Source of the DNA: Negaprion brevirostris
Taxonomy: Eukaryota
DNA length: 64,000 nt
Direction: 5' to 3'
NCBI GenBank assembly: GCA_030324005.1
Contig: JARDVH010000143.1
Location: 4,429,925 to 4,493,924, forward strand
In this document: positions 1-13,140 of the stretch, piece by piece
How positions within the stretch are numbered: position 1 is the first letter of the stretch
How the letters are laid out: each line of letters starts with the position of its first letter
Program-made: the position numbers and the translations under genes
Notes under the pieces: generated by a model
Told to the model about the DNA's origin: nothing
Seen by the model: only the letters and a program-made list of their open reading frames with translations
Databases searched by the model: none

Positions 1-189
1 ATTCTAGTCAATGGATATTTCCATTGTCTGCCCCCCTCACCTCTGATTTTTGTGGCAGACAAGGTGGCATAGTTCCAGCGCAGGAGTCTGATAGCTGGGC
101 AGGTTTTGAAGCTCTTTGTAAATTTGGATGCTCCATCTATAAGCATGAATTCTGGGGGCATGGGAGGAAGCTAAATGTTCTTGGATGCT

Positions 190-1784
190 CAAGGTCACAT
201 TCTGCTGGTTACATGTACCGCATTCCTCTCAGCTGATGACTTCAGGAAGCACTGAAGGTGGCATGAGTGCTGAATGTTCTCTGGGTGAAGGATTCAATGT
301 CCATCACTGGCCCAGTATTACTGCTGTTCACCAAGCTGGTGATGTACTAAAGAATATAACTGTTTGACAGGGTGTGTAGCAGGTGGTGAGGTAATTGAGA
401 GATATCAGTAGGGGTGACCACCACCATCTTTGTGGAGATGCCTCTCACGCTGTCTGAATATACCACTATACTAAATGGGATAGATTTCAAACAGATCTAA
501 GGAGTCAAGACAGGACATCTGCGGTGCTGTGGGCCACCAACAGCAGCAGAATTGTACTCCACTATAATCTGTAGCATCATGGTCCGGTATATCCCCCCAC
601 TCCACCATTATCACCAAGCCAGGGGACCAACCCAGGCTCAATGAAGAATACAGGAGAGAATGCAAGGAGCAGCAGCCAGACATATCTAAAAATGAGGCCG
701 ACCTGGTGAAGTTACAATACAAGATGAGTAGTATATCAACAGCATAATTGGTGAGGGATAGACTGAGCTAAGTGATCCCACAACCAATGGATCAGATCTA
801 AGCTCTGCAATCCTGCCACAGCAGCCGTGAATGGTGGTGGACAATTAAACAGCTCACTGGAGGAGGAGGCTCCACAGAGATCCTCATACTCAATGATGTG
901 GTGTTCCGCACGTCAGTGCAAAAGATGAGGTTGAAACATTTGCTACGATCTTTCACCAGAGATGCCGGGTGGAGAAGAATCAATCTTTTTTTTTTTGCTT
1001 TCCCTAGAAGTGCCCTGCACCATGAATGCCAGTCTTCAGCAATTAGGTTCACTCCATGTTATATCAAGAAATGACTGAAGGCTCTGGATACTGGAAAGGC
1101 AGTGGGCCCTGGCAGTAATAGATTTGTGCTTCAGAACTTGTTGCGAACCTAGCCAAGCTGTTCAGTACAGCTACACCACTGGGGTCTACCTGACAATGTG
1201 GAGAATTGCCCAGGAATGTCCTGTACACACTATAGGACAAATCCAGTCCTACCAATTACCACCTGACAGACTGCTGTTGGCCATCAGTAAAGTGATGGAA
1301 GGGGTCATCAATAGTGCTATCAAGTGGCACTTGGCTATAACCTCACTGACACTCAATTTGGGCCTGCCTCAGTCACTAGGCTTCTGAACTTGTTTCAGCT
1401 TTGGTTCAAACATAGGCAAAAGAATTGTATTCCAGAGGTGAATGTGACTGCCCTTCACGTCAAGACAACAAATGTTTGTTTGAGCACAGCATTCAGGAGC
1501 CCTAGCAAAACTAGATTAAGTGGGAAGGAGGGAAAGCTCTAGTTGAAATCATACCGAGTACAAAGGGAGACGGTTGTGGTTGCTGAAGGTCAGTCACCTC
1601 ACAAATTCCTTGGGATAATGTCCTGGTCCAAATCACATCCAGATGACTTAATCTTTGCACCTCCTTGTACTGAAGCAGTCGATGTCCAAATGCAGCAAGA
1701 CCTACACGATATCCAGACTTAGCTGACAAATGGTAAGTAACATCGCCTGACACTTGGCAATAAAGGCCACTTCCAACAAGAGAA
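190..1784 (+). mobile_element. Decayed non-LTR retrotransposon (CR1/L2-group LINE), endonuclease through reverse transcriptase
   Basis: Broken frames give GFNVHH (GDFN-type endonuclease motif) and QYSYTTGVYLTMWRIAQECPVH...ISKVMEGVINSAIK, QFG (RT region). Many stops and frameshifts. Confidence 0.85.
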
Positions 1785-1785
1785 C

Positions 1786-1966
1786 GCAGCATGATGGCAC
1801 TGCTGCCTCAGTGCCAAGGACTGAGGTTTGATTCCCAGCTTGGGTCACTGTGCAAACTCCACAGATCTTCTCTCCATATTTGTGGGTTTCTTCTGGATGC
1901 TCAGGTTTCCTCCTACAGTCCAAAAGATGTGCAGGTTAGGTTGGTTGGCCAGGCTAAATTGACCCT
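1786..1966 (+). mobile_element. HE1/V-SINE-type tRNA-derived SINE, 3'-truncated
   Basis: Head GCACTGCTGCCTCAGTGCCAAGGAC..GGTTTGATTCCC and V-core GTGGGTTTC..CCAAAAGATGTGCAGGTTAGG, shared with about 11 other copies in this window. Confidence 0.85.
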
Positions 1967-2844
1967 GTCCAGTGCTGGTTAAGATTAAAACCTTTTTACT
2001 TATTTTAGCTAAAGGAAACAGTGGCCTTTATTGTAAATACGCTTGTTCACACAAATAAGGAAGTCAGAGCTACACTGCACCCATAACCTCATTTAAAAAA
2101 ATTGGTGGTTTGTACTTGCAACAAACATGTGCTATAGAAATTATGAACACGGTATCTTTTAACAATTACAACTTGATTTCTTTATTCTCTTCTGGTTACC
2201 CTTTGTTGTATGGTCGTCAGTTTATTTCTTCACTTGATCAGCTGACTGTTCTCTTACGCTAGTGTGTTAGCAGATGTGACAGCTGACTTTTCTACTGTTT
2301 TCCTCATTCCATGGAACCTTTTTTAATTGCATGGGGTAAGGCCATTTGGCTCATCCTAGTTGTGCTTGCTGAAAACCGTCTTACTGCCCTACTCTCCATG
2401 GTCCATTATTGGGGGAGAGACCATTTAATTTTTTGAGATAAATTTCCCAAACTATCAATGCAAGAGTTTGTGTAGCAAACTAAAACCATCAAATCATACA
2501 TTTAACAGACAACTAATGAGTAAAAGATACTGTATTTTCACTTTACACTTTGACTGCATGAGTTAACGTTACACAAGCTACACCTGGCTCTCCAGGCTTG
2601 CTTCTTCCACAATTAGTTTACAGCTTCCAGTGTCCTTTGACAGTCATTCCACTTGGCTATCTGACCTCACCAGCAAGTCCCACCTCAGTGACACTTTGTT
2701 CCCTAAATCTTCCAAAGCCCCATCTGTTCTATTCCCTTTAAAGAAAAACATTCTTACAAGCATCCTACTTCTCCGTGGCAGTATCTACCTTGTCTTTTGT
2801 ACATTCTTTAGCTGCTTGTGAGAGACGGCAGCAGAAAAACATTA

Positions 2845-3275
2845 CTGAAGGATGTGGAGACTTTTGAGAGGGTACAGAAAAGATTTACCAGTACATAGCT
2901 AATGCCCTCCATACCAGGCAATGAGGAGAGAAATGGGAAACTTGGTTTGTTCTTACTGCAGCGATGGAGGTTGGGGGGGAAACCTGATAGAAATCTACTA
3001 GATTGAGAAGTGTGGACCGAGTGGATAGTCAGAGGCATTTTTTTCCAGGATGGAAGAGTTAATTACTAGGGGGCATAGGTTTAAAGGAGATGTACGAGGC
3101 AGTTTTTTAAGAGTAGTGGGTAACTGGAACTTGCTGCCGGGGGAGGCTTTTAAGGGGCATCTTGACAAGTATGTGAATAGGATGGTAGAGGGGAATGGTC
3201 CCCGGAAGGGTAGGGGGCTTTAGTTAAGTCAGGCAACATGGTCGAAGGGCCTGAGCTATAGTTTTTTGTTCTTTG
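2845..3275 (+). mobile_element. CR1/HER1-type LINE 3' fragment
   Basis: GAGAGGGTACAGAAAAGATTTACCAG (ERVQKRFT), ACTAGGGGGCATAGGTTTAA and the GAAGGGCCTG tail are typical of CR1 3' ends. Confidence 0.75.
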
Positions 3276-4517
3276 AAAACTCTTCATAAATCTTAGAATC
3301 CTTTATTGAATCTGGTGGTGGTCTAATTTCTCCTGGTATCTGTGCCTTCATTATAAGTCCCCGCTTAATCTGTAACTTAATTGGTTAATCTGTGCAGTTC
3401 ACCATGACTATCTTTTTTGTGCCTGTAACTGCACATACTGCTACTATGACTTCAGACTTTCCACAAACATGATTTATCTCTTCACTGTTGCACTTTATGC
3501 CCTCATTTAAAAATCTTCAAATTTTGTTGGCTTTATGGTTTTATCTACAGTATTTGATTACAGGAGATTATAGATTTACTTCTCATCCAAGTCTTTTTTT
3601 GTATTCATCCATTTTCTTTATCTTTCCATTTGAGTAATGTACTCTCACTATGGCAGGAATGATGAATATAGAAACAGCACCAGCCTGAGGAACAGTTATC
3701 CCCCCAGACTGTTACCTTGGTTGCTATTGTCTAACTCTTATTTTGTGTTAGTGTTCTGAGGTCTTAACCTGTATCCAACCACCCAATTCCAAAGGTGATA
3801 CTTAAGTTTGCCTGATAATATCTGAAGTACAAGGCCTTCTATGATGCAGCTCCTTCAGGTTCCCATGTGGAGTGACATCATTACAATTACTATGGCTAGC
3901 CAAAAGAAGCAGTGTTAGGATTGTAGAGACCATTTTGGCTGCTTTTCCCCATTTTCTTTTGGATAACCACAGCTGGTTCAGCAACAAGACATAAGCATAC
4001 CCTTCAAGATATGATGTGACTTGCTTTTTAAGGGATGCTAGTCTTGTGCTTTACTGGACTTTTCATCCAGAGTGGCCCTAGTAAATTGGATTCCATTTTT
4101 AGTATATTTGATTTTCTCCCAGTGAATATTATAAATCAGTAACTTTGCTTGAGATTCAATTTACTTTTCAGTGAACTTGGACTGTGTATATTTCAATTTC
4201 ACTGTTGCTTCCGAGAACTTTGTGCATTCCTGTTTAGGAAAATAAATTGAATAAATAATCGCAATCCATGAACAGGTGGAGGAGGTTAAATAGTATTTGT
4301 TTTTAAAGCTGGTGTGAAGGTGATGCTGTTAAAACACTTGGAATATTGTCCTTTTGCAAATTGACAAATTCAGTGTGCCACATTCTAGGGTTAGTTTATT
4401 ACGGAGCAAATGACTCTTCCTACCCGGTCAGTACTTGATGTCTATTTCGTTATATAACTGGTTAAACTTGAGCCTGGCAGCAAATATTAATTTTTTTCAT
4501 CTGGATGCTACATCTTT

Positions 4518-4892
4518 TAGAAAGAATTACAGCATAGGATTGGGCCCTTTGGCCCTCCAAGCCTACACTGCCCATGCTGCCAGTCTGAACTAAAACCCCC
4601 ATCCTTCTTGGGCCCATATCCCTCGTCCCATCCTATTCGTGTATTTGTTAAGCCCCCTCTTTTAAAAGTCACTATCGTTTCTGCTTCCACTACCTCCCCT
4701 GGCAACTAGGTCCAGGCACCCACCACCGTCAGCTTTTTTAAAAAAAAAAAGCCTCCTCATACATCTTTTTAAACCTTGCCCCTCGCACCTTTAAAACCTA
4801 AGACTTCCTAGTAATTGATTCTTCCACCCTGGGGAAAAGCTTCTGACTGTCCACTTTCTCGATGTCCCTCAATCTTGTAGACTTCTATCGGG
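4518..4892 (-). mobile_element. CR1/HER1-type LINE 3' end
   Basis: The minus strand reads LPGEVVEAETIVTFKR and ends in a GGGCCAAAGGGCC..TGCTGTAATTCT tail. Confidence 0.75.
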
Positions 4893-6914
4893 TAACACTG
4901 AGCAGTGGTGAATGACATATATGGTTTTGCATTCCCATTTGTGTGCCCTCCTTAGGAAGGATGTCATAAGGCAGTGGAGATGGTGCAAAAGAATTTTTCT
5001 AGAATAGGCTTTTGTCAATGCCAAAGCTGGTGACTTCCAACAGAAGTTTAAAAGGATATGGTTGTGTTTAAATTTGAGTTAAGTTGGAGAAAACAGTTTG
5101 ATTTAGTTGAGTTTGCAACTAGGGAGCATAGATTTACCTAGAATTAGTATGTAGAATACACACAGGCTGGCCCACCAGTTCATGCCAGTATTTAAACTCT
5201 GCTTGAGCTTCCTTCATCAGGCCATCCCCCCTCCCCATTCCATTCTTTCTCCCTTAACTAAGAAGTTATAACCTGAGGAGAATATTTTAATCAATCCCTT
5301 AATCTAAATACAATTATTAAGAAAACCAGCAGTGTTAAACCACTTTTGCTACTTGGATACTCTTAGAGCAACCAATTGTACTCTGCTTTATGTACAGAGG
5401 GACCCAACAACATTTTCTCTAAGGCTTACAAAAATAAGCTTTGATTTGTTGTGCCGAGATTTGTTCACGGAATTTGCCACTAACACAAACCGTTATGGAA
5501 GTCAATTTTATTAAAAAAAGTGGATGAACATTTAAACTGAATAAAGGTTCGTAACTGACATTTTCCATAGTTGAAGTTTCCTTGTAGAAGTTCATCAAGG
5601 AGAAAGACTTAGACTCCCACCACAGCATCACCAACTGTCAAAGCTTATTGTTGTCACAGGTGACTGTACATGCAGAATTTTTACACTGTACCTTAATCAT
5701 AAGTTTGAACAATTATGGAGAATTGAACAGGAAGTGTACATAATTTTTTATTCATAAAGCACTTGGCTCCAATCCCCAAATGAATAGCTCTTTTGGAACA
5801 AGACTAGCCTGTGGACTAATTGGCCATCTTATGCACTATATGAATAAGTTGTCTCAGGCCTGATTTTTACAATACAAGTGGATGTAATTCCCAAGAAATT
5901 ACACATTTTGTAGGGTATGTTTATCTGTTTCTAGCTTGCAATTTACAAGTTATAACATTTAAATATATTCAGCAGTAACTATAAAGTTAACCTAAAATAT
6001 TTAAGACCGAGAAGTAGGATCCAGGGACCTAAAAGGAAACTACTGTAGAGTAAATTTAGACCGTAAATGAGTGACCACAAAAAGACAGACATAAATACCT
6101 TATGAATTAATCCAACAATCAAGGTAATTGCAGAAAAATTATTGGGAATGCTTAAAGATGCAACAATGGAAAAGTCAGAATATTGGGATGTGAAGGCTGA
6201 ATCTAGTCCTTTTGAAGAAGGACCATGGTAAAGTCACAATCAGATTCGGCAATGTGAAAAATAAAAAGTTTAAAGAGAAACAATTGTTGTATGATGCAAT
6301 TAGCTAATCTTATGTATTGTAAGTAGGCGACTGTTGCAATTTTCTTTTCTTCCTGAATCTGTCAACAGTTGAAACAAATTTATAGCAATCTTGTTGAATG
6401 AGTTGTGACTTAACAGTGGACAATGGAAATCCAGACTACCTATCTGCACTGTTTTGTAATTCTCTACCATTTTGAGTAGATGCGATTTTATTTAACTTGG
6501 ACCAGAGTTGCAGAATATATTCTGTCAGTCAAACCTACTTCCTAAGCCTGCAATTTCTTATTGTTAAGATGACTGATTCACTTTGATCTCAACTGTGCTA
6601 AGATATTCCTTTCTAAAATGTGACCATTTGAGTAACGTCAGAACTGACCTTGTACATTTGCCATGCACTGAGCTGCTTAGCAACATTGACTTCAGCCATA
6701 ATCTCTACTCTTACAAGTACATCATGGTGTAATCTGGCTGCAGATAGCAAGAAGACCATTGGTTTCATCAGAAGATAGCGCTATTTTAAAAATCTTTGCT
6801 AAAGACGTGTGTAGTATCTATTCTATCTTGTAATTGTTCAAGATAATGTTTCCTTTTGCCTGCCATTTCACTAATATTTTAACATTTCTGTTGCTCATTA
6901 TTGTGAAATAATAA

Positions 6915-8050
6915 ATAGGAGCAATCATGGGCCTTATTTTAAGTTGGCTCTTCCAGTAATGATGATACAATGTTAGCAACTATTCTTCACCTCGATTTTC
7001 CCTTGGAGTCCAAAAGTCCACTAATCTCTGCCTTCAATATACTGTGAGCACCTGTACCTCTAAGTATAAAATTTCAAAAATTCACCTCCGAGTGAAGGAA
7101 TTTCTCCGCGTCAATCTGAAATGGGAGACCCCTTTATCCTGAGACTGACTCCTAATTCTAAATCCCCTAACTAGGGGAAAAATCCTGTTGCATCTTCTCA
7201 ATCTTGTATGCTTCAATGAAATGACCACCCCTTGCCTAAACTCAGGACAATTCAATGCACGTCTCCTCATGGGACAATCCTGTTTATTCCAGGAATTTGG
7301 TGAACCTTCATTACATCGCCTCTTAAGGCAAATATAGTCTTCCTTTTGAGGAGCCCAAAAGTGCATGTTACTCCAATGTAGTCATGACTAAGCACATTGC
7401 AGGAAAACTTCCTTATTCCACTATTTAAGTCTGCAATAAAAGTCAACAAAATATTTCCCTTCCTAATTGCATGTTTTACTTGCATGTTAACTTTGCATTC
7501 TTAAATTCCACCATTTATTAAATTCTCACCATTCAAAAAAGTGTTGTTCTTACCAATGTGATGCTTACCACATTATACTCCATCTGCCACTTTATTGCCC
7601 TGTCAACCCCTCTAATTCTTTTGTAGACTTGTGTCCTCCACAGCTTAATTTTTTCATCAAAATTGAAAATGTTTACTACCCCTTTCAGTAATCAACTGAG
7701 TGGCTCCAATTTTGATCTTTGCAGTATCTGTAAATAACACTTGTCAACTGGAAAATTATCTACTTAGTCATTTTTTTCTGTTCTTTATGCAATTCTTTAT
7801 CCATGGTAATACTCCATGCCCATGATCCTTTGTCTTGTAAAACAATCTTCCATGGTACCTTATCCAAATGTATTACTGCCATTGATTGCTCTTCATCTGC
7901 CCTGCAAGTTACACCTCAAAAGATAGATTTTGTTGACTAATACTTCCCTTTTTCTGAAGCATGTTTATTCTATCTAATCGTTTTTTTCCTAATGTATCCT
8001 GTTACCATTTGCCTAATAATGGATTCCAGCATTTTCCGATGACTGACTGA
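6915..8050 (-). mobile_element. Old CR1-type LINE fragment (RT to 3' UTR)
   Basis: The minus strand gives HFWAP and RIFPLVRG..R, degenerate CR1 ORF2 C-terminal motifs. Confidence 0.6.
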
Positions 8051-8349
8051 CATCTGCTTCTGCCTTTTATTGGATCATCATTTGAGAAAGCTTATAAAGC
8101 AGTTTTAAAATAGGCTTCATCTGAATGTAATTGTGTGGCCAACCAATTGGTAAATAGCACACTTGAGTCAACATTGTAAAGGACTGTAGTTCATCTTGCC
8201 TGTCTAATCCAAGACACGGAAAGTGGATTCCTGAAATAGGAGGTTGTGCAGTTCCACATAATTATCACCCTCTTTCTTCCCTTCACATGTCCTCTTCCCT
8301 ATTGCCAGGAAAGATGAATCAAACCCCAACCCCAGAAATTGGAATTTAA

Positions 8350-8512
8350 AGGCAAAATACTGCAGTTGCTGGAATCTGAAACAAAGACAGTGTCGGAAAA
8401 TCTCAATAAATCTGACAGCATCCGAGAGAGAAAATAGAGCCATCGTTTCGAGTCTGGATGATCCTTCATCAGAGTTCTTGACAAAGGGTCATCCAGACTC
8501 AAAATGATGGCT
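8350..8512 (-). mobile_element. Penelope-like element terminus with fold-back and hammerhead-core remnant
   Basis: GCAAAATACTGCAGTTGCTGGAATCTGAAACAAA is the antisense tail. The minus strand contains CTGATGA-AGGATCATCCAGACTC-GAAAC. 29-bp inverted repeat at 8438-8512. Confidence 0.7.
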
Positions 8513-8938
8513 AAAGTTGGAATTTGTTGGGAACCAAGTGCAACAAAGTATCTAAATGTTAAAATTGGGCAAATACTGACTTGTGAATCAAGCCAGTAAT
8601 TGTAGACTGAGACTTTGTATTTGCCAACTGCTGAAGAAATACAGGCTTCCATACATAGGTTGAATGATCATTCAATTTGCATTACATATTTATCTTCAGT
8701 TTTTGAGGAGAGAAATATAATTGTGATAAATTGTACTCTGGGCCAGAATTTGAACTCTAGCACACATTAGAAAAATGTTGTGTTTTCAAATTTTTTGTCA
8801 TCTCATCAATGAATTTCTTTTTAAAGCATCTCTAAATCAGGTTGCTTACAGGCACATGTTAAAATGCAACTGACTTGGCCTTTTGTCCCATTTAGTAAAA
8901 TCTGTAATAAGTGGATGTAAACTTAATCCTACTCAAGT

Positions 8939-9094
8939 TTTTCTTGGCCTTTTGGCTAAAATCAACCTCAAGATTGGCTGCAGTGCTGTTTCTTGTCAGC
9001 TTGTATGTCTTTCTAGTGGGGACCGTGAACTGGATTCAATTTGATTTGTTCTTGGAGTAAACAGGGAGATGGATTTGGGTTTGCCTGGTCCACT
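8939..9094 (+). pseudogene. U2 snRNA-derived element, copy A
   Basis: TTCTTGGCCTTTTGGCTAAAATCAA resembles the U2 5' stem. CTGTTTCTTGTCAGCTT resembles U2 CTGTTCTTATCAGTTT. TTGGAG..CAGGGAGATGGA...TTGCCTGGTCCACT resembles the U2 3' domain. Colinear with copy B. Confidence 0.8.
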
Positions 9095-9129
9095 AACTTA
9101 GTAACTTTAAGAATGGTAAAGCTGTAAAG

Positions 9130-9640
9130 CAAGATGGCTTCCAACTCCCTGCATTCCTGGCTGACCCCCCTCATACTCAGACTTGAGGCATCTCAATATG
9201 CTGCCAGTGACATTTACTCTAAGTCCGGTTCTCCTAGTCCCCCTCTACTNNNNNNNNNNNNNNNAGTCAAGTCAAGTAATTTTAAAATTCTGATCTTTGT
9301 TTCAAAAATCCTTCCATGGTTTGACCTCCCTGTCACTAATTTCCAGACCTATAACGCTCCAATTTGTGTTTATCTAATTCTGGCCTCTTGAGCATCTGTG
9401 GTTTTAATTGCTCCATGATTAGAAGTCATGCTTTCAACTACCTGGGGCTTAAGTGCTGGAATTTCCTCCCCAAAACTTGTCTGATCCTCGTTCTCTTTTC
9501 CTCTAAAGATGCTCATTAAACCATCTATTTAATCAAGCTTTTGGCCACTTGTTCTTTTGTTCTAATTGGCTTAGTGTATAATGTTACTTCTGCGAAGTAA
9601 TTTGATATTTTTCCACCAATGACAAACAATTTCTGAATGT
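9130..9640 (+). mobile_element. L2-type LINE 3' end
   Basis: TTTAAAATTCTGATCTTTGTT (FKILIFV), CTGGAATTTCCTCCC, and CTATTTAATCAAGCTTTTGG resemble the L2 ORF2 C-terminus and 3' UTR. Confidence 0.6.
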
Positions 9641-9875
9641 TCTGTGTGAAATTAACAACTGGCATCCAAAAATATTTTCTCAGTTGGAAAAGTGGAGAGA
9701 CTTGTATTTTGTGTGACACCTTCCACAAGTACTTGTCCAAAGTCCTAACAAGGACAAGATGATGACCATTTGATCTGATTTAGTAATTTTTGGTTGCAGA
9801 ATAAATATTGACCTGGTTACTGGGGAGGGCTTTATTTTTAGAAAAGTAGTTGACTTAAAACTTAAGTTGGCTTGA

Positions 9876-10144
9876 GGGCAGCATAGTGGCAGTGGTTAGC
9901 ATTGCCTCACAGTGGCAGGGACTTGGTTTTGATTCCAGCCTTGGGTTCCTCTGTGTGAAGTTTGCATGTTCTCACGTCTGAGTGGGTTTCCTCCACGCCA
10001 AAGATGTACAGGTTAGATGAACTGGCCATGCCTCTTAACGTCAGGAAGATCAGCAGGGTAAATAATGTGGGGTAGGGCCTGGTTGGGATGGTTGTTGGTG
10101 CTGCCTCTTTTTTTTTCTGTGCTGTATGGATTCTTCAATTCTAA
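9876..10144 (+). mobile_element. HE1/V-SINE-type SINE with CR1-like tail (tail A)
   Basis: GGGCAGCATAGTGGCAGTGGTTAGCATTGCCTCACAG head, V-core, and GGGCCTGGTTGGGAT..GGTGC tail. Confidence 0.85.
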
Positions 10145-12863
10145 GAATTAATTATGCATCTGAAATTTCTGAACTTGCAGAAATGCCAGTGAAGCCATTC
10201 TGGAATTTTAAGTCAACTATTAACCATCCTTTTTCCTTAATGCTATTGCTTGGATTTTACATAAGAACATAAGAAATAGGAGCAGGAGCAGGCCTTCGAG
10301 CCTGCCCTGCCATTCAGTAAGATCATGGCCGATCTGTCGTGGCTCAGTTCCACTTTCCTGCCCTCTCCCCATAACCCTTAATCCCCTTGCCTATCAAAAA
10401 CCTATCTNNNNNNNNNNNNNNNNNNNNNNNNNNNNNNNNNNNNNNNNNNNNNNNNNNNNNNNNNNNNNNNNNNNNNNNNNNNNNNNNNNNNNNNNNNNNN
10501 NNNNNNNAAGTTATTCAAGGCCTCAGCCATTTCCCCATCCCCGACCACTAAGTCCCCCCTCTCATCCTCTAAGGGTCCAACGTTTTGTTTGGAGGGAAAT
10601 CTAACTCTCCCTTTAATATTCTATCAATCTGTAATACTTGATATTTTTAAAATAAAACGGTTCAGTTGGCAGCCCTGTTGTCATGGAGTATGGAACAATG
10701 ACTGTGTAATAGTGTACCTTACCGATCCTAAATCCAAGCCTGTGAACTGAAGTGTTGGAATCCTGAAAATTCAACGCTTGCGCCATTGTGATGAAAAGGC
10801 ATAATATATATCTGTACAGTATTTGCCCTGCAATGCTCTTTACTATCTCCAATTCTAATCCCCATGTTTGCTCAGAAGAATTTCACAAAATGGTATCAAT
10901 GGGGGTAGTCTCTTAAATGATCCTCTTGAACTGCTGTTCTGTAGCTGCCCCTCCCACTTCACACTGCATCTCTGTGCATTGTTCTGTTTAGGCATGCTGC
11001 AGCCCTGTTGAAACCAGTGTCTTCCATTTATTGGCTGCTGTCCCTGAAACTAAACAATGCTTCCATTCTTAAACGCACATCTGAAGTTTAAGATCACGTG
11101 CTGAGCGATTGACTGTTTGCCCTATAATGGGAGCCTAAAGTTGCAAAGATCTGTAGGACATTAGATATTCCAGTATTGCTCATTTTCTGCAACAGCCTGC
11201 CGATCTTCCATTCAGGGTGCAAGAAACGTTTAACCAGCCTAATCAACCAACCTTTGCCTAACTATTCACTTTATGAAGTTAGCTGGCAAATACAATGGCA
11301 TTTGCTGTGATTTAAAATTCCTAGATACGTCTAGGAATATTAGTGTTTTGTTTTTTGACTCTTTCTATTGACCTATATATTTTAATGTGCCAAATTAACT
11401 ATATCTAATTGGATATCCTGGTAAAAGCGATCTGCTATAGCCTAATTAAATTACTTTTCAGCATTTAACTGTTATAAATCTGGGCTGCGAAGGGCAGTGG
11501 GATTAATTGCATGGCTTTTTCATGGAGCCAGTGCAAACTCAGTGGCTTGATTGGTCCCCTTCTATGCTGAATGATTCTATTCTCTGCAGATATGTATGGC
11601 TGAATTTGAAATGTGTTTGTGGTAAATATGCTCACTTCCAAGGGAAGCTGCCTTTGAGTTTTGTTTGTTTCACCTTGTAATCTTTAAAAACATGTTTTTT
11701 TTTAGATGTATCTACAGTTTTGAGCTGAGTAATGTTTTCAGGAAAGTGTATGCATGGGATAAAAACGAATGTCAAATCAGCTTTGTGACCGTGAGAAAAC
11801 CATAGTAGTTGTGAAGCAGCCAAGGAGTGTGTTCAGAGTACTGTCATTAGTCAGCTCCAATGGGGGTGGGAGGGAGAGAAATGGTGGCAGAATGATCTCT
11901 TGGTAGCGATTTAATGTCTGAGAATGCAGTTCCAGGGACATTTCTGGTATTTTATTACTGCCAAATTATTTGCATGAAACATTTTTTTCAGCTTTTGGTG
12001 CAATCACAGAAGCTGTATGATTCACTTTAAATGTTATGGGTTTGCTTTGCACATCAGATTTGGGGGAAGGGCTATGGGTAAGAACATTTTCTGCATTACA
12101 TATAAAAGTGTTTGTATTTGCATTCTCCAACTTAACCTATGGTGACTATATCAAAATGTTCTTTGAAATTTTATCAGATCAAAAGATGCAACAAAATCTG
12201 TAGCAGCGATTAAATGGACTTTCTTTTCCCCTTTATTTGAAAACTACTTCATACTGACTTGCCAAAGCCATTGCTGGAACTGGTTTAACCACTTGCACCA
12301 CTGCTGGATGTGGACCAGTATCTGACAATCTCCACACTCCAAGCCACTGATTCCAAGGATGCTACTATGGGCATGGTCCACTAATACATTAATGTAAATG
12401 TGATCTGTAGTCTGTGTGGAAATTAGGATAACCCTGTCTCTCAGTGGTCATTTTCTCACTAACTGAAGGGGATGAAAAAATGATTCTGCACCAAATTCCT
12501 GTTTGGTTGTTGTCGCACTGTCAAGAATGAATGGAGAATCAGATGTCTGTGTAGTTAGTTACAACTCTACCAGAGGCCACAGTGAGGGAGTGACATCTCC
12601 AAAAATGTCAAATGCTTAAATGAGCAGCTATTGGGCTCATTAAGCAAGATGATAAAAGGTGCAACATGAATTAGAGCACAATTATTTCCCTTTGAGCAGT
12701 GTTGCTCTGAGCCCTGTCGTGCAGTAATACTGAATTAGCTACTGAAGTCCCTGCTTTGATTGCCACCAGCTGAGGAAGCAGATCTTGTCCATCAGAAAAC
12801 TAACTGATAAATGTTGATCAGCTGTAATATTGTGAATTTGAGAATTATCAACTGGTAATAAGT

Positions 12864-13140
12864 CTCAGCTTGTTTCGGTGGTAACGCTGTTGCTAAGATT
12901 AAAGCATTCAATTCCAGCTCCAGGAGCACCTTAAGCTAAGGCTTCGGTACAATACTGAGGATGGTGCTACTTTGTTAGAAATAATAGTCTTTTAATTGAA
13001 ATATTAAACTGAGGGCCATATCTCTGTTAGGGTAGATGTTAAAACCTCCAACTGATAGAGAATGGATGTTCCCCCACGTACTAGTCAAACTTTTACCCCC
13101 TTAACACATCATTAAAACAACTTTATCACGTTTGTGGTCA
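12864..13140 (+). mobile_element. Deu-SINE (SacSINE1-like), highly diverged
   Basis: TACTGAGG..TGCTAC..TTAAACTGAGG..GGTAGATGTTAAAA resembles the Deu domain. Similar to 34555-35120 and 55165-55425. Confidence 0.55.

Noticed and set aside
9876-9945. tRNA-like A/B boxes here and at the other SINE heads
   Set aside because: These are SINE heads followed by SINE core and tail. No intact cloverleaf, so no tRNA gene is called.
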